Source of the DNA: an uncultured Desulfobacterales bacterium
GTDB taxonomy: Bacteria > Desulfobacterota > Dissulfuribacteria > Dissulfuribacterales > QOAL01
Assembly (NCBI GenBank): GCA_964638145.1
Contig: CAZXAK010000040.1
Span: 3,852 to 67,851 of the forward strand
Direction: 5' to 3'
DNA: 64,000 nt
The first letter of the stretch is position 1, and each line of letters starts with the position of its first letter. The notes under the pieces are model-generated. The model saw only the letters and a list, made by a program, of their open reading frames with translations, made no database searches and was not told the DNA's origin. Positions 18,988 to 27,520 of this stretch are shown in pieces. A program made the position numbers and the translations under genes.

Positions 18988-20628
18988 ATAGCAAAAATAT
19001 ACGGAAGCATCAAAGGTCTTTCACCAGCCCAGCGCAAGGACCTGGAACGGCTCTACAGGCGCAGGCTCCACAGGCAGAGCCTGCTCACCAGTGAGCTGGC
19101 GCGGGAACTTGCTGCAAAATCAGACCGGATTAATCGTCAAATTGCAGTCCTGATTGACAGAAAGGGCACCCTCACCCATGTAATAGCAGGGGACTTCCAC
19201 TCCATAACCATACCTGACATCAGCCGGTTCAGAAGGGGAGATGGCAGGCTCAAAGGGTTGAGATGCATTCACACCCACCTGGGAGCTGATCAGGGCCTCT
19301 CAACAGAAGACCTCACTGATATGGCACTTCTGCGCCTTGATGCCATGGTTGCCATTGAAGTGACTGACAGTCTGCCAGGCAGGATACATCTTGCCCATCT
19401 GCTGCCCCCGAATCCTTCAGGCAAGAGGTGGCATATTGAATCATACCGCCATGCCTCCCGGATAGATATCCCGTTTGAAGACTTCATCCTTGACCTGGAA
19501 CAGGAAATTGAACAGAAAAGCAGGGAGCGCAGCACAGGACATGCCAGGGAACGCGCCATGCTTGTGCATGCAGGCCCGGAACCGGTGGAAGAGGCGGAAC
19601 GCTGTCTGGCAGAACTGAAAGAACTTGCCCGATCTGCTGGTGTCGAAGTGGTGGAGGTCATGAGGCAACGTGTCATGCGTTACAACCCTGGCCATCTCAT
19701 GGGCAAGGGCAAACTCAGGGACATCCTCATGCAGGGCCTGTACCTCGGGGCCACCATGATTATATTCGACCAGGAACTCTCTCCGGTTCAGGTAAACAAC
19801 ATTGCCCGAATGGTGGACCTGAAAGTCATTGACAGGACCCAGCTCATACTGGACATCTTTGCAAGACGGGCAAGGAGCAGGGGCGGAAAACTCCAGGTGG
19901 AACTAGCCCAGTTGCGATATCTCCTGCCAAGGCTCGTGGGACGGGGCACTGCCATGTCAAGGCTCATGGGTGGAATAGGCGGCAGAGGACCGGGAGAGAC
20001 CAAACTCGAGGTGGACAGGCGCAGGGTAAAACAGCGTATCTCTTCACTTGAACGTGAACTTAAAGGCCTGCGGAAGGGACGCAGGCAGCGGCGCAAGAAA
20101 CGGGGCAGGGCAGGGATCCCTATAATATCCATCATAGGGTATACAAACGCTGGCAAATCCACTCTGCTAAACAGACTCACTGGCAGTGATGTCACAGCAG
20201 AGAACCGGTTGTTTGCCACTCTTGACCCCACTACCCGAAAGATACGGCTTGACAGCGGCAGAAAAGTGCTGCTTGCAGACACAGTAGGTTTCATCAGAAA
20301 CATGCCTTCAGACATAAAGACAGCCTTCAGGAGCACCCTTGAAGAATTGGAAGATGCATGGCTGTTCCTTCATGTAGTGGATGCGGCCAGTGACTACCGG
20401 CGGGAGGAAATAAGGGCAGTGGAAGAAATACTTGAAGATATGGATCTGGCCCACGTACCACGAATACTGCTCTTCAACAAGGCAGACCTGGTCAGCAACG
20501 CAATCCCTGCGGTTAGAGGCGTAGTAAAGAGTATGGAGATATCTGCCCTCAGGGGTACGGGAATGGTAGAGCTGAAACAGGCAATAGACAGATTGCTTGA
20601 CAATTTTTTTGGAAACCAGAAAAAGTAA
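18988..20628 (+). CDS. hflX: GTPase HflX with an N-terminal extension; start codon uncertain and non-canonical
   Basis: G1 GYTNAGKST, G3 DTVGF, G4 NKAD. The frame is open from 18958 with no in-frame ATG/GTG/TTG before 19258. ATA 18988 follows GAGAGG by 9 nt. Confidence 0.8.
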   Translation: MAKIYGSIKGLSPAQRKDLERLYRRRLHRQSLLTSELARELAAKSDRINRQIAVLIDRKGTLTHVIAGDFHSITIPDISRFRRGDGRLKGLRCIHTHLGADQGLSTEDLTDMALLRLDAMVAIEVTDSLPGRIHLAHLLPPNPSGKRWHIESYRHASRIDIPFEDFILDLEQEIEQKSRERSTGHARERAMLVHAGPEPVEEAERCLAELKELARSAGVEVVEVMRQRVMRYNPGHLMGKGKLRDILMQGLYLGATMIIFDQELSPVQVNNIARMVDLKVIDRTQLILDIFARRARSRGGKLQVELAQLRYLLPRLVGRGTAMSRLMGGIGGRGPGETKLEVDRRRVKQRISSLERELKGLRKGRRQRRKKRGRAGIPIISIIGYTNAGKSTLLNRLTGSDVTAENRLFATLDPTTRKIRLDSGRKVLLADTVGFIRNMPSDIKTAFRSTLEELEDAWLFLHVVDAASDYRREEIRAVEEILEDMDLAHVPRILLFNKADLVSNAIPAVRGVVKSMEISALRGTGMVELKQAIDRLLDNFFGNQKK

Positions 20629-20670
20629 CTGATTAATGGAGTCCTCCCCCAAATGTCCTGCTTCAGTTGG

Positions 20671-20695
20671 CCGCCATCTGCTGGCGCTTTTTTGG
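20671..20695 (+). terminator. Probable intrinsic terminator after hflX
   Basis: CGCCA-tctgc-TGGCG followed by CTTTTTTGG, 43 nt after the stop. Confidence 0.5.
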
Positions 20696-20724
20696 CGGCA
20701 GTTTAGCTCTGACAATATCTTTAA

Positions 20725-20776
20725 CCTGAATTGAGCATTTCAAATCATGTAAAATTTGGAAATCGCTCAATTCAGG
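20725..20776 (-). mobile_element. Family-A element, minimal copy A4 (52 bp; only the two end arms)
   Basis: CCTGAATTGAGCATTTCAAATCATGTAAAATTTGGAAATCGCTCAATTCAGG, flanked on both sides by TTTAA (20720-20724 and 20777-20781). Orientation is inverted relative to the other copies. Confidence 0.85.
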
Positions 20777-20837
20777 TTTAAATTGCATTACTGATTTCTA
20801 TCCAAACAGAAGTCTCTGCCATAATTAGACAGGTACC

Positions 20838-22289
20838 TCAAACAGAATCCTGCCACTCCTTTTTCTCAAGTTCCCTCTGCAGAGGCAGGATGAAGTAGAA
20901 GTTGTTACCCATCTTCACAGGCTCATACCCCACAACACCGCCGTGCACCTCTATTACCTTGCGCACGAAGTGAAGCCCGTGTCCTGTGCCAGGGCTGGAC
21001 CCCGCAGTCTCGCTGGAACGGAAGCCCTCCTCAAATATGAGATCCACCTCTTCAGGTGGGATGTGCCTGCCTGTTGAGAACACGTTGAACTTTATACCGT
21101 CAGAACCATCAGGGAAGTAGTTGGGCAGGATCTCCTCGCCAAACGCCACGAACTTTACCATGTTACCCGAGTCATCAGGGACGGCACTACAGTATTTTTC
21201 CACATTCGAGAAGAGATTCGCATACACCTGGGAGATGAGCCCCACGTCCACGGCAAGCGGAATGTTTTCGTCTTTTACACCTCCGAGACGGTTGTCTATA
21301 CGTATGCCCGCCCTGTGAAACCTCTGTATGTATCGTTCAAGCTGGGGCTCGATGATCTCCTTGACAAACCTGCACATGCGCTTTCTGATAACCAGTTCAC
21401 CCTTTTCAAAGTGCTCACGCCTCATGAGGCTCTCGAGAAAGAGACTGGTATTCTCAAAATGCTTCTCCAGGTCTGCGTAGATCACCTCGAGATCACGTAT
21501 AAAGGTCTCGACCTCATGATGAAGTCTTGCGATCTCCTCAGAACCACCACATCCGTTTTCAAGACAGTTCTGGATATGGGGTTCATAGGCCTTTGAAAGC
21601 TCCTCAAGCTTGCTGAGTTTCTTCTTGATGCCATTAAGGAAGACCTTGTATTTCATGTTGGGCACAATGACATTGTGCTCAATATCGGCGGCAAGGTTGT
21701 TGATAAATTTTATATGCTCGACATTCTGGATATAGATGAGTTTGTAATGGAGATTGTAGCCTATGCGGTTGGCATATTTCTCAAAAAAGAGGTCGTCATT
21801 ATCCTCGAAGTGGGACCGGGGAAACACCTCGAACACGCCAATGATCTCGTCCTGGGTCCCGAGGGCGTGCCTGTGGAACAGGCGCCTGTTTCCCCGTATG
21901 GGATAGACACGGGAATCCCCCATGGTGTAGGGCTCTGGAGAGAGATGTATCCCCTCAGGCGGTTTCACGCCACATATGGACAGCCCGCTCAGCGAGTCAC
22001 AGGCGACTGTCAGCTCCTGACTGTCCTCGTCAAGCAGATACAGACAGGAGTCAAAACCCATGAACTCCTTTGGCACAAAAACACATATCCTGTAGAAGTT
22101 CTCAAGGGTCTCAAGCTCCTGAGCAAGGTCAAAGAAGGCCCTGAGTGTCCTGCCCTGATTTTGATTAAAACCGTACCTTTCGTAATCTTCCTTTTTTTGA
22201 CGAATCCTCGAAAGAACTGCTGTAAACTCGGGTGGAGATTTGGGACAGTATATAGACATCAGCGCCTCGCTCCCACAAACAACAGGCAA
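20838..22289 (-). CDS. Sensor histidine kinase-like protein (N-terminal sensor region, C-terminal HATPase_c)
   Basis: C-terminus has FEEGFRS...GTGHGLHFVRKVIEVHGG (G2 region). A candidate H-box is ADIEHNVIVPNM. The N-terminal 200 aa may be GAF-like; I could not confirm that. Confidence 0.65.
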   Translation of the reverse strand: MPVVCGSEALMSIYCPKSPPEFTAVLSRIRQKKEDYERYGFNQNQGRTLRAFFDLAQELETLENFYRICVFVPKEFMGFDSCLYLLDEDSQELTVACDSLSGLSICGVKPPEGIHLSPEPYTMGDSRVYPIRGNRRLFHRHALGTQDEIIGVFEVFPRSHFEDNDDLFFEKYANRIGYNLHYKLIYIQNVEHIKFINNLAADIEHNVIVPNMKYKVFLNGIKKKLSKLEELSKAYEPHIQNCLENGCGGSEEIARLHHEVETFIRDLEVIYADLEKHFENTSLFLESLMRREHFEKGELVIRKRMCRFVKEIIEPQLERYIQRFHRAGIRIDNRLGGVKDENIPLAVDVGLISQVYANLFSNVEKYCSAVPDDSGNMVKFVAFGEEILPNYFPDGSDGIKFNVFSTGRHIPPEEVDLIFEEGFRSSETAGSSPGTGHGLHFVRKVIEVHGGVVGYEPVKMGNNFYFILPLQRELEKKEWQDSV

Positions 22290-22316
22290 ACCTACGATGG
22301 ACAGACAGGAGCAACT

Positions 22317-23852
22317 TTAAGCGATTTTCTCCCTGAAATACGCCTCAATTGCATCAACCATATCTTTTATGGTAGATTTTTTTGGTTGAATGTCAATAGA
22401 CAGGCCCTGTTTCCGCGCAGTTTTTGCTGTCACAGGCCCAATACACGCTATCTTTGCCCTGGACAGGATACGGTCCCTGAGCTTTTCCGGAACCATTCGA
22501 AAAAAATTCTTCACTGTAGATGAACTGGTAAACGTCAGCACATCCACATCCTCGTCCTGGAGTATCTCAACCACGTCACGCCGCAGCTCTGGTGTCACTG
22601 TTTCATAGGCGGTTGCAACCGTAACCTTGGCACCCATTGCCTCAAGCCCCTTTGGCAGGACCTCTCTTGCCTTCTTGGCACGCGGGATAAGTACGTGTTT
22701 ACCCTTCATATCCAGCTTTCCGAACTCCTCTACAAGGCCTTCGGCACGGAAGTTTGCAGGCACAAGATCAACATTCAGGTGATACTCCTGGATACAGTCT
22801 GCTGTACTCGAGCCCACACAGGCGATCCTGGCATTACCAAGGACCCTTATGTCGTGTCCCAGATGGAACACACGATCAAGAAAATATTTCACGGCATTGG
22901 GGCTACTGAAGATGATCCAGTCAAAATCTTTCAGGTTATCAATTGCGTTATCGAGCGGCCTTAGGTCATCCGGACGCCTCACCTCTATTGCAGGACACTC
23001 CACACATCCTGCCCCGCGTCTTTCGAGCAGCCGCACCAGCTCGCTGGACTGGGCCCTGGTCCTGGTAACCAGTATGCGTCTGCCAAGAAGGGGCAGCCTT
23101 TCAAACCAGTTGAGCTGTTCCCGTAGAGCCACCACCGTGCCTATAACAATGATAGCAGGCGGCTTGAATCCCTTTTCCTTTACTATGTCAGCAATGTTGG
23201 ACAGCTTGCCTGTAATGGACTTGTGAAATGGGGTAGTACCCCACCTGATCACTGCCACAGGGGTTTCAGGGTCACGGCCATGTTCAATGAGTTTCTCGCA
23301 TATATGGGCAAGGTTGGTCATTCCCATGAGGAACACCAGGGTCCCCACCCCCTTGGCAAGCCCATCCCACTGGACAGGGGCCTCTTTGGAGTCGAACCGC
23401 CTGTGACCTGTGATAAAGGCCACTGACGCGGTGTGTTCCCTGTGGGTCAAGGGGATACCGGCATATGCAGGCACTGCTATGGCTGAGGTTACCCCCGGAA
23501 CGATTTCAAAATCAATTCCTGCCCTGGCCATGACCTGGGCCTCCTCGCCCCCGCGACCAAATATGAAGGGGTCTCCTCCCTTGAGGCGCACCACAGTCTT
23601 GCCTTCCCTGGCCTTCTTGACGATGTAGTCATTGATCTCGTCCTGATTTGCAACGTGTCTGCCCACACGCTTTCCAACATAGATAAACTCCACGTCAGGC
23701 GAGGCAAATGCAAGAAGCCTTGGACTTGCCAGCCTGTCGTAGATTATCACATCGGCCTGCTCTATGAGCCGCCTGCCCCTGAGCGTCAAAAGGCCTGGAT
23801 CTCCAGGCCCTGCTCCTACCAGATATACCTTTCCGTTCTTGTTAGTCTCCAC
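22317..23852 (-). CDS. Bifunctional uroporphyrinogen-III C-methyltransferase / uroporphyrinogen-III synthase (CobA-HemD fusion)
   Basis: N-terminus VYLVGAGPGDPGLLTLRG...VVRLKGGDP (SUMT). C-terminal half RILVTRTRAQSSELVRLLERRGA is HemD-like. Confidence 0.88.
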   Translation of the reverse strand: METNKNGKVYLVGAGPGDPGLLTLRGRRLIEQADVIIYDRLASPRLLAFASPDVEFIYVGKRVGRHVANQDEINDYIVKKAREGKTVVRLKGGDPFIFGRGGEEAQVMARAGIDFEIVPGVTSAIAVPAYAGIPLTHREHTASVAFITGHRRFDSKEAPVQWDGLAKGVGTLVFLMGMTNLAHICEKLIEHGRDPETPVAVIRWGTTPFHKSITGKLSNIADIVKEKGFKPPAIIVIGTVVALREQLNWFERLPLLGRRILVTRTRAQSSELVRLLERRGAGCVECPAIEVRRPDDLRPLDNAIDNLKDFDWIIFSSPNAVKYFLDRVFHLGHDIRVLGNARIACVGSSTADCIQEYHLNVDLVPANFRAEGLVEEFGKLDMKGKHVLIPRAKKAREVLPKGLEAMGAKVTVATAYETVTPELRRDVVEILQDEDVDVLTFTSSSTVKNFFRMVPEKLRDRILSRAKIACIGPVTAKTARKQGLSIDIQPKKSTIKDMVDAIEAYFREKIA

Positions 23853-23854
23853 GG

Positions 23855-24796
23855 TTATCCTGCGTTCTCCCTTTCATTGTAAACCTTCTCAAGTATCTCT
23901 CTCCCCCCGGCCCCAAGTATCTCATCGGCAAGGGCCGTACCGAGCTGCTCCGGCTGATCAGAAGGACCTGACCTCTGCCTTCGGATCACCTGCTGTCCCT
24001 CCTCGTCTGCAACAAGCCCTTGGATGGTGAGATGATCGCCTGAAAGCACTGCATGGGCACCGATGGGCACCTGGCATCCACCCTCGAGACGCAGAAGAAA
24101 GGCGCGTTCCGCCCTGACACAAATAGCGGTCTCCTCATGATGAATAGAGGCAAGTATCTCCCTCATGCGGACGTCATCACTCCTGAACTCGATACCAAGA
24201 CACCCCTGACCTATGGCAGGCAGCATCGTCTCTGTATCGAGATGCTGGGTTATCCTGTGCCCAAGCCCAAGCCTGTTCAGACCGGCAGAGGCAAGGATGA
24301 TGGCGTCATAAAGCCCCTCATCAAGCTTTCTGAGCCGGGTATCCAGATTGCCGCGAAGGGATTCAATCACGAGGTCAGGTCTGATCTTTCTGAGCTGTGA
24401 TAGCCTTCTCAGACTGCTGGTTCCCACCTTTGCGCCACCGGGAAGCTGATCCAGCCCTTTGCCATCACGGGATATAAAGGCATCCCGCGGATCTTCCCTT
24501 ACAGGAAAGACCGATACCTCCAGGCCTTCAGGCAGCTCGGTAGGACAGTCCTTCAGGCTGTGTACAGCGAGATCAGCGTCTCCCCTCAGCAGCGAATCCT
24601 CTATCTCCTTTACAAACAGGCCCTTTCCACCCACCTTTGCAAGCGGAACGTCAAGTATCTTGTCCCCCCTTGTAACTACCTTGAGGAGTTCTATCTCAAC
24701 ACCAGGCCACCTCTTTTCGATTTCAGATTTTACCCACTCAGACTGGGTAAGGGCCAACAGGCTCTTGCGTGTGGCCAGCACGAATTTTTCAGGCAT
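23855..24796 (-). CDS. hemC: Porphobilinogen deaminase (hydroxymethylbilane synthase)
   Basis: ATRKSLLALTQSEWV...VVTRGDKILD...GGKGLFVKEIE...GNLDTRLRKL. Confidence 0.93.
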   Translation of the reverse strand: MPEKFVLATRKSLLALTQSEWVKSEIEKRWPGVEIELLKVVTRGDKILDVPLAKVGGKGLFVKEIEDSLLRGDADLAVHSLKDCPTELPEGLEVSVFPVREDPRDAFISRDGKGLDQLPGGAKVGTSSLRRLSQLRKIRPDLVIESLRGNLDTRLRKLDEGLYDAIILASAGLNRLGLGHRITQHLDTETMLPAIGQGCLGIEFRSDDVRMREILASIHHEETAICVRAERAFLLRLEGGCQVPIGAHAVLSGDHLTIQGLVADEEGQQVIRRQRSGPSDQPEQLGTALADEILGAGGREILEKVYNERENAG

Positions 24797-24974
24797 AGTG
24801 CCAACAAATCCTTTCCCTGTTTAAACCTGTGACAGGCTCAGGCAATACATGGTTAATCCCGCCAAAATGACATGGCCTCCATAAAAACACTATCAACTGC
24901 GCATATTTCAGGGGTATTACCTGTTGGTCCACACCCTGTACAACTGCCGCATCTGCAGGCCATCTGCAAGGAGT

Positions 24975-25202
24975 TCAGCTACCACACGAACTGCAGTTGG
25001 TGCTGGTGCATCCACTACATGCACTTGACGACTTGGACCCCGTAGCCTTGAAGCTGCTTCCTGTCTTGAACGCGCATGCAGACATCTTCTTCTTGGTATC
25101 CTTGGATCCGCACTTGGGACACTGGACCACTACGCCAGACCCAAGGATGAGCTGCTCAAAATCCTCGCCACACTGTCCGCATTCAAATTCGTATATAGGC
25201 AT
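24975..25202 (-). CDS. FmdB-family zinc-ribbon protein with a Cys/Ser-rich tail
   Basis: MPIYEFECGQCGEDFEQL...CPKCGS. Tail is SSSACSGCTSTNCSSCGS. Confidence 0.8.
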   Translation of the reverse strand: MPIYEFECGQCGEDFEQLILGSGVVVQCPKCGSKDTKKKMSACAFKTGSSFKATGSKSSSACSGCTSTNCSSCGS

Positions 25203-25336
25203 TTCTCAACTCCTTAATAATATTAATGATGTAAAAAAAACAGGCCCCAGACCTGGTATAAAAAACGGCATGTCCAACAGGCATGCCTGAAGACCATGCC
25301 ACACAGGCCCGCACAGGCCCATGGCATGCTCCAATG

Positions 25337-25505
25337 CATACTACACGACCCCTGAAATGCAGAAGCAATTGGCAAAGGCGGCGGATGGTGCTTTTTCTCA
25401 TGGTTTTGACCGCGAGCCAATATATCATCACCAAGTCATTGCAACTGATGAGCTTTAAAAGCATGATAAAAAGCACCATCCGTCGTATAGGTGTCGTGTA
25501 GTATG
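25337..25505 (+). mobile_element. Family-B MITE, reference copy B2 (169 bp) with perfect TIR and TSD
   Basis: Perfect 13-bp terminal inverted repeats CATACTACACGAC / GTCGTGTAGTATG. Perfect 9-bp direct repeat GCTCCAATG at 25328-25336 and 25506-25514. Internal 19/21 stem GGATGGTGCTTTTTCTCATGG / GCATGATAAAAAGCACCATCC. Confidence 0.9.
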
Positions 25506-25624
25506 GCTCCAATGTACATGAAAGAAGCAACAAGGCCCCTCACACACAGAGAAGAGACTATCTGTCCCCCAGTCAATTGGCCATGATATTATGAAAGCTG
25601 AAACGGCAAGAGGAGATATTACCC

Positions 25625-26572
25625 CTATTCCTCAAGGGCTTCAAGGATGGCTGCTGCAAGAAGTGGTATCATTATCTCATGATGACCAGTTATGTTGAAA
25701 CCTGCTCCTCCCTCCATGGTAGGCCTTGCAACAACATTGGTCATGGGACGGTACTGACGTATGAAATCAAAATTTGCAGTTGTAATGCTGGTTACCGCAT
25801 GCCCAAGGTTTCGCACCAGTGTGAGGGCCTTTAGAAAGACCTCTGGCATTATCACCGCTGACCCAATATTCAGGAACACCCCCTTGTCCAGCTCCCTTAC
25901 CAGGGAGGCGAACAGCCTGAAGTCATGATGACTTGCCTTTCCTATGGCAGCACCATCTGCTGAAGGATGTATATGAATTATGTCAGTACCAACTGCCACA
26001 TGCACGGTAACAGGTATTCGGAGACGGGCCGCCTGGGCAAGAATGCTTACACTGTTATAGGCAAAGGACTCTTTTAGAAGCATGCGCCCGACGCTCTCTC
26101 CAAGCCCCATCCCAGTATCTGCTGCCTGTATTATGGCCGCATTGAGGAACTCTCCGGTCTCGCGGGCCGCTCCAAAACGGCCATCCCCAAGCACTGCGCC
26201 AACCTCCTCTGAGGTCTTTCCGGCCATTGCGATCTCTGTGTCATGTATTATGCAGGCACCATTCATTGCAATGGCAGAGATGATGCCCCTTTCCATGAGG
26301 TCGATTAGCACCGGACTCAGTCCAACCTTGATCACATGGGCACCCATAGCCACGATCACCAGCCTTTTGTCCTGCACGGCCCCTGCCACTGATAAAGCCA
26401 CACGCCTGAGGTCCTCTGCCGCAAGCTGGCGGGGCAGATATTTGAAAAATCGTGCCAAGGACAGGCCCGGGGAAATCGGATGGGCAAAGTCAGCCACAGT
26501 CACCTTGCTCGGCCTTTCAAAGAGAGAATAGGTGTTGAGGCGGGAGAGGTCTATGGGAACAGGATAATCCAT
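25625..26572 (-). CDS. Conserved protein, possibly deoxyhypusine-synthase-like family (uncertain)
   Basis: VIVAMGAHVIKVGLSPVLIDLMERGIISAIAMNGACIIHDTE resembles the DHS-type Rossmann core as I recall it. ATG 26572 shares one base with the upstream stop (TGATG), and the track ORF is over-extended to 26662. Confidence 0.4.
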   Translation of the reverse strand: MDYPVPIDLSRLNTYSLFERPSKVTVADFAHPISPGLSLARFFKYLPRQLAAEDLRRVALSVAGAVQDKRLVIVAMGAHVIKVGLSPVLIDLMERGIISAIAMNGACIIHDTEIAMAGKTSEEVGAVLGDGRFGAARETGEFLNAAIIQAADTGMGLGESVGRMLLKESFAYNSVSILAQAARLRIPVTVHVAVGTDIIHIHPSADGAAIGKASHHDFRLFASLVRELDKGVFLNIGSAVIMPEVFLKALTLVRNLGHAVTSITTANFDFIRQYRPMTNVVARPTMEGGAGFNITGHHEIMIPLLAAAILEALEE

Positions 26573-27165
26573 CAGGTTCTGAACAGTTCTCTTTCCACCA
26601 GATCGCACAGGCAATGCGCAAGGAATATGTGCGATTCCTGAATCCTTGGCGTGTCCGAACACGCCACATTAACCACTATATCGCACAGAGGTCCCATGGC
26701 TCCGGGGTTGTTGCCGGTGAATCCGACTGTTATCGCCCCCCTATCGCGTGCAGCCTCAAGCCCCTTGACCACGTTGGGGGAATTCCCGCTGGTGCTGATA
26801 CCTATGACCACATCACCGGTTGAGGCAAGGGCCAGGACCTGCTTGGAAAATACCTGGTCATATGAGAAGTCATTGGATATGGATGTGAGCACAGAGGTAT
26901 CAGTAGTGAGAGCTATTGCAGCAAGAGGTTCTCTGTCAATACGGAAACGGTTTACGAACTCTGCCGCTATGTGCTGTGCATCTGCAGCGCTGCCGCCGTT
27001 TCCAAAGAGCAGGACCTTGCCTCCCTGTCCAAGCGACCTCACCACCTCTCCTGCAAGCATTGAAATGGCGTTGCCGCACTGCTCCACGCTGAGCCTTAAT
27101 GCTGAAACCGTATCATCAAGAGATCTTCCAAGAAGTCTGTGCGCGCTTTCTATCTGCATGGTCAT
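26572..27165 (-). CDS. gmhA: SIS-domain protein, phosphoheptose isomerase (GmhA/DiaA-like)
   Basis: LLFGNGGSAADAQHIAAEF...VVIGISTSGNSPNVV...ITVGFTG. Confidence 0.8.
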   Translation of the reverse strand: MTMQIESAHRLLGRSLDDTVSALRLSVEQCGNAISMLAGEVVRSLGQGGKVLLFGNGGSAADAQHIAAEFVNRFRIDREPLAAIALTTDTSVLTSISNDFSYDQVFSKQVLALASTGDVVIGISTSGNSPNVVKGLEAARDRGAITVGFTGNNPGAMGPLCDIVVNVACSDTPRIQESHIFLAHCLCDLVERELFRT

Positions 27166-27226
27166 GAAGAAAATAGAAAAGGATTACTGTGTCAAGACAC
27201 ATACTGCGGAACACCTGAAATACAGA

Positions 27227-27492
27227 CATGAATTGAGCGATTCCCAGGTTTGCATGAGATCCAAGGCGGAGGATACGCAGACGTACTGTTGTACTTCAAG
27301 TATCCCACAGGTAAGCGAAGACTCCGAGGCAGCAGATCATGCGAAATTGGGAATCCCGTAGCGGTTTCAAATTATGTAGAAAGCAAAACAGTTACAGCAA
27401 ACCCGTTGGGTGACGGATAATTTTAGCAGCATTAATTTATTGTAATTAAAGGCAAAATAATATTTCACATGATTTGAAACGCTCAATTCAGG
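27227..27492 (+). mobile_element. Family-A element, full-length composite copy A5 (266 bp; L+M1+M2+M3+M4+R)
   Basis: Ends CATGAATTGAGCG / CGCTCAATTCAGG. Arm 27239-27262 pairs with 27332-27355 (18/24). Arm 27361-27382 pairs with 27462-27482 (about 17/20). Contains every module seen in the shorter copies. Confidence 0.85.
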
Positions 27493-27520
27493 TGGAATTT
27501 TGTTTTATCTGTAACCCGCC

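Noticed and set aside
20725-20776. Considered whether the recurring GTTTCAAATCATGTGAAAT-type sequences of family A could be CRISPR repeats or tracr/omega-RNA remnants.
   Set aside because: The copies are dispersed 5-20 kb apart with no regular repeat-spacer spacing. They always occur as inverted pairs at element ends, and no cas, tnpB or iscB gene is present.
25445-25452. CTGATGAG followed by the hairpin GCTTtaaAAGC in B2, resembling a hammerhead ribozyme core.
   Set aside because: The CUGAUGA box is not conserved in the other copies (CTAATGAG, CTTGATGAG, CTGATGCG). No properly placed GAAA or cleavage-site helices could be drawn.
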